Source of the DNA: Paragordius varius
Taxonomy: Eukaryota; Animalia; Nematomorpha
Length of the DNA stretch: 64,000 nt
Reading direction: 5' to 3'
Assembly (NCBI GenBank): GCA_964247055.1
Contig: OZ176050.1
Span: 12,958,001 to 13,022,000 of the forward strand
Made by a program: the position numbers and the translations under genes. Positions 63,606 through 64,000 of the stretch are shown in pieces; the stretch's first letter is position 1; every line of letters starts with the position of its first letter. The notes under the pieces were generated by a model that saw only the letters and a program-made list of their open reading frames with translations, made no database searches and was not told the DNA's origin.

Positions 63606-64000
63606 TTAACAATACTCTTGTCGAATACCATCTGGGCACAAGCATTTAGTTAGGGTTGTTGAATTTGGGGTTGAAACGCAAATATGCTTACATCCACCCA
63701 TATTAACTCTACATCCGTTTGTATCTATAAAAATTATTTTTAAAAATAATTAAAGCTGTTTGGGATTATCTATTAATACATAAAATTGATTTTTTTCTTA
63801 TAAACATAAGTGTTAAAAAAGTAAATTGTTTAGTTAAAATATTTTTATTTGATATTGTCAAAAAAATTGAGTAACCTGGAGGACATATGGTAGTTAAATC
63901 ACTAATTCCATATAATCGCCCCTTCCCCGAAGTAGTTAGGGTTAGCGGGGATTTTGAAAAACCGTTTTGCGTTGATGCACTGTAGATTTGGGATCTGGAA
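63606..64000 (-). CDS. NID: 3' end of a nidogen-like (YWTD propeller plus terminal EGF) gene; gene continues beyond the window
   Basis: Exons >64000-63876 and 63724-63606 (phase 1) encode ...GRLYGISDLTTICPPDTNGCRVNMGGCKHICVSTP...KCLCPDGIRQEYC*, matching the nidogen C-terminal pattern (RLYGIT...CP...C..NNGGC.HLC..TP...C.CPD then stop). An LRP-family fragment is the alternative. Confidence 0.7.

Noticed and set aside
63935-63946. TTAGGG telomere-like hexamers
   Set aside because: Isolated occurrences inside a coding exon, not an array.

Overview
Very AT-rich eukaryotic (metazoan) genomic window with GT-AG spliceosomal introns and dense non-autonomous transposon content; no rRNA, tRNA or CRISPR recognised. 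All gene models were built by hand from splice sites and reading-frame phase. Genes: 3' end of an unknown gene (+, to 951); NRAMP/SLC11 metal transporter (-, 3 exons); an intronless, atypical tetraspanin with a ~420-aa N/Q-rich tail (-); an orphan coiled-coil gene (-, 6 exons); a calmodulin/myosin-light-chain-like EF-hand gene (+, 4 exons); a putative ~102-aa membrane microprotein (-) head-to-head with PRP18 (+, 7 exons including a 26-nt intron); WAPL (+, 15 exons, 36071-62707) whose ~15-kb first intron hosts an antisense two-exon gene for a Cys-free secreted protein; and the 3' end of a nidogen-like gene (-). Mobile DNA: Helitrons with an internal ~160/320-bp tandem array, a 93-bp mini-Helitron, several TA-flanked palindromic MITE families, TTAA-flanked piggyBac-type elements, CACTA-like and hAT-like elements, a decayed mariner transposase, a Penelope GIY-YIG remnant, a MITE-bounded 637-bp tandem duplication and a diverged ~2.2-kb inverted pair with coding-like remnants. 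Most interesting: micro-introns (26 and 23 nt) with eroded 5' splice-site consensus, the nested secreted gene, the atypical tetraspanin and the composite Helitrons.
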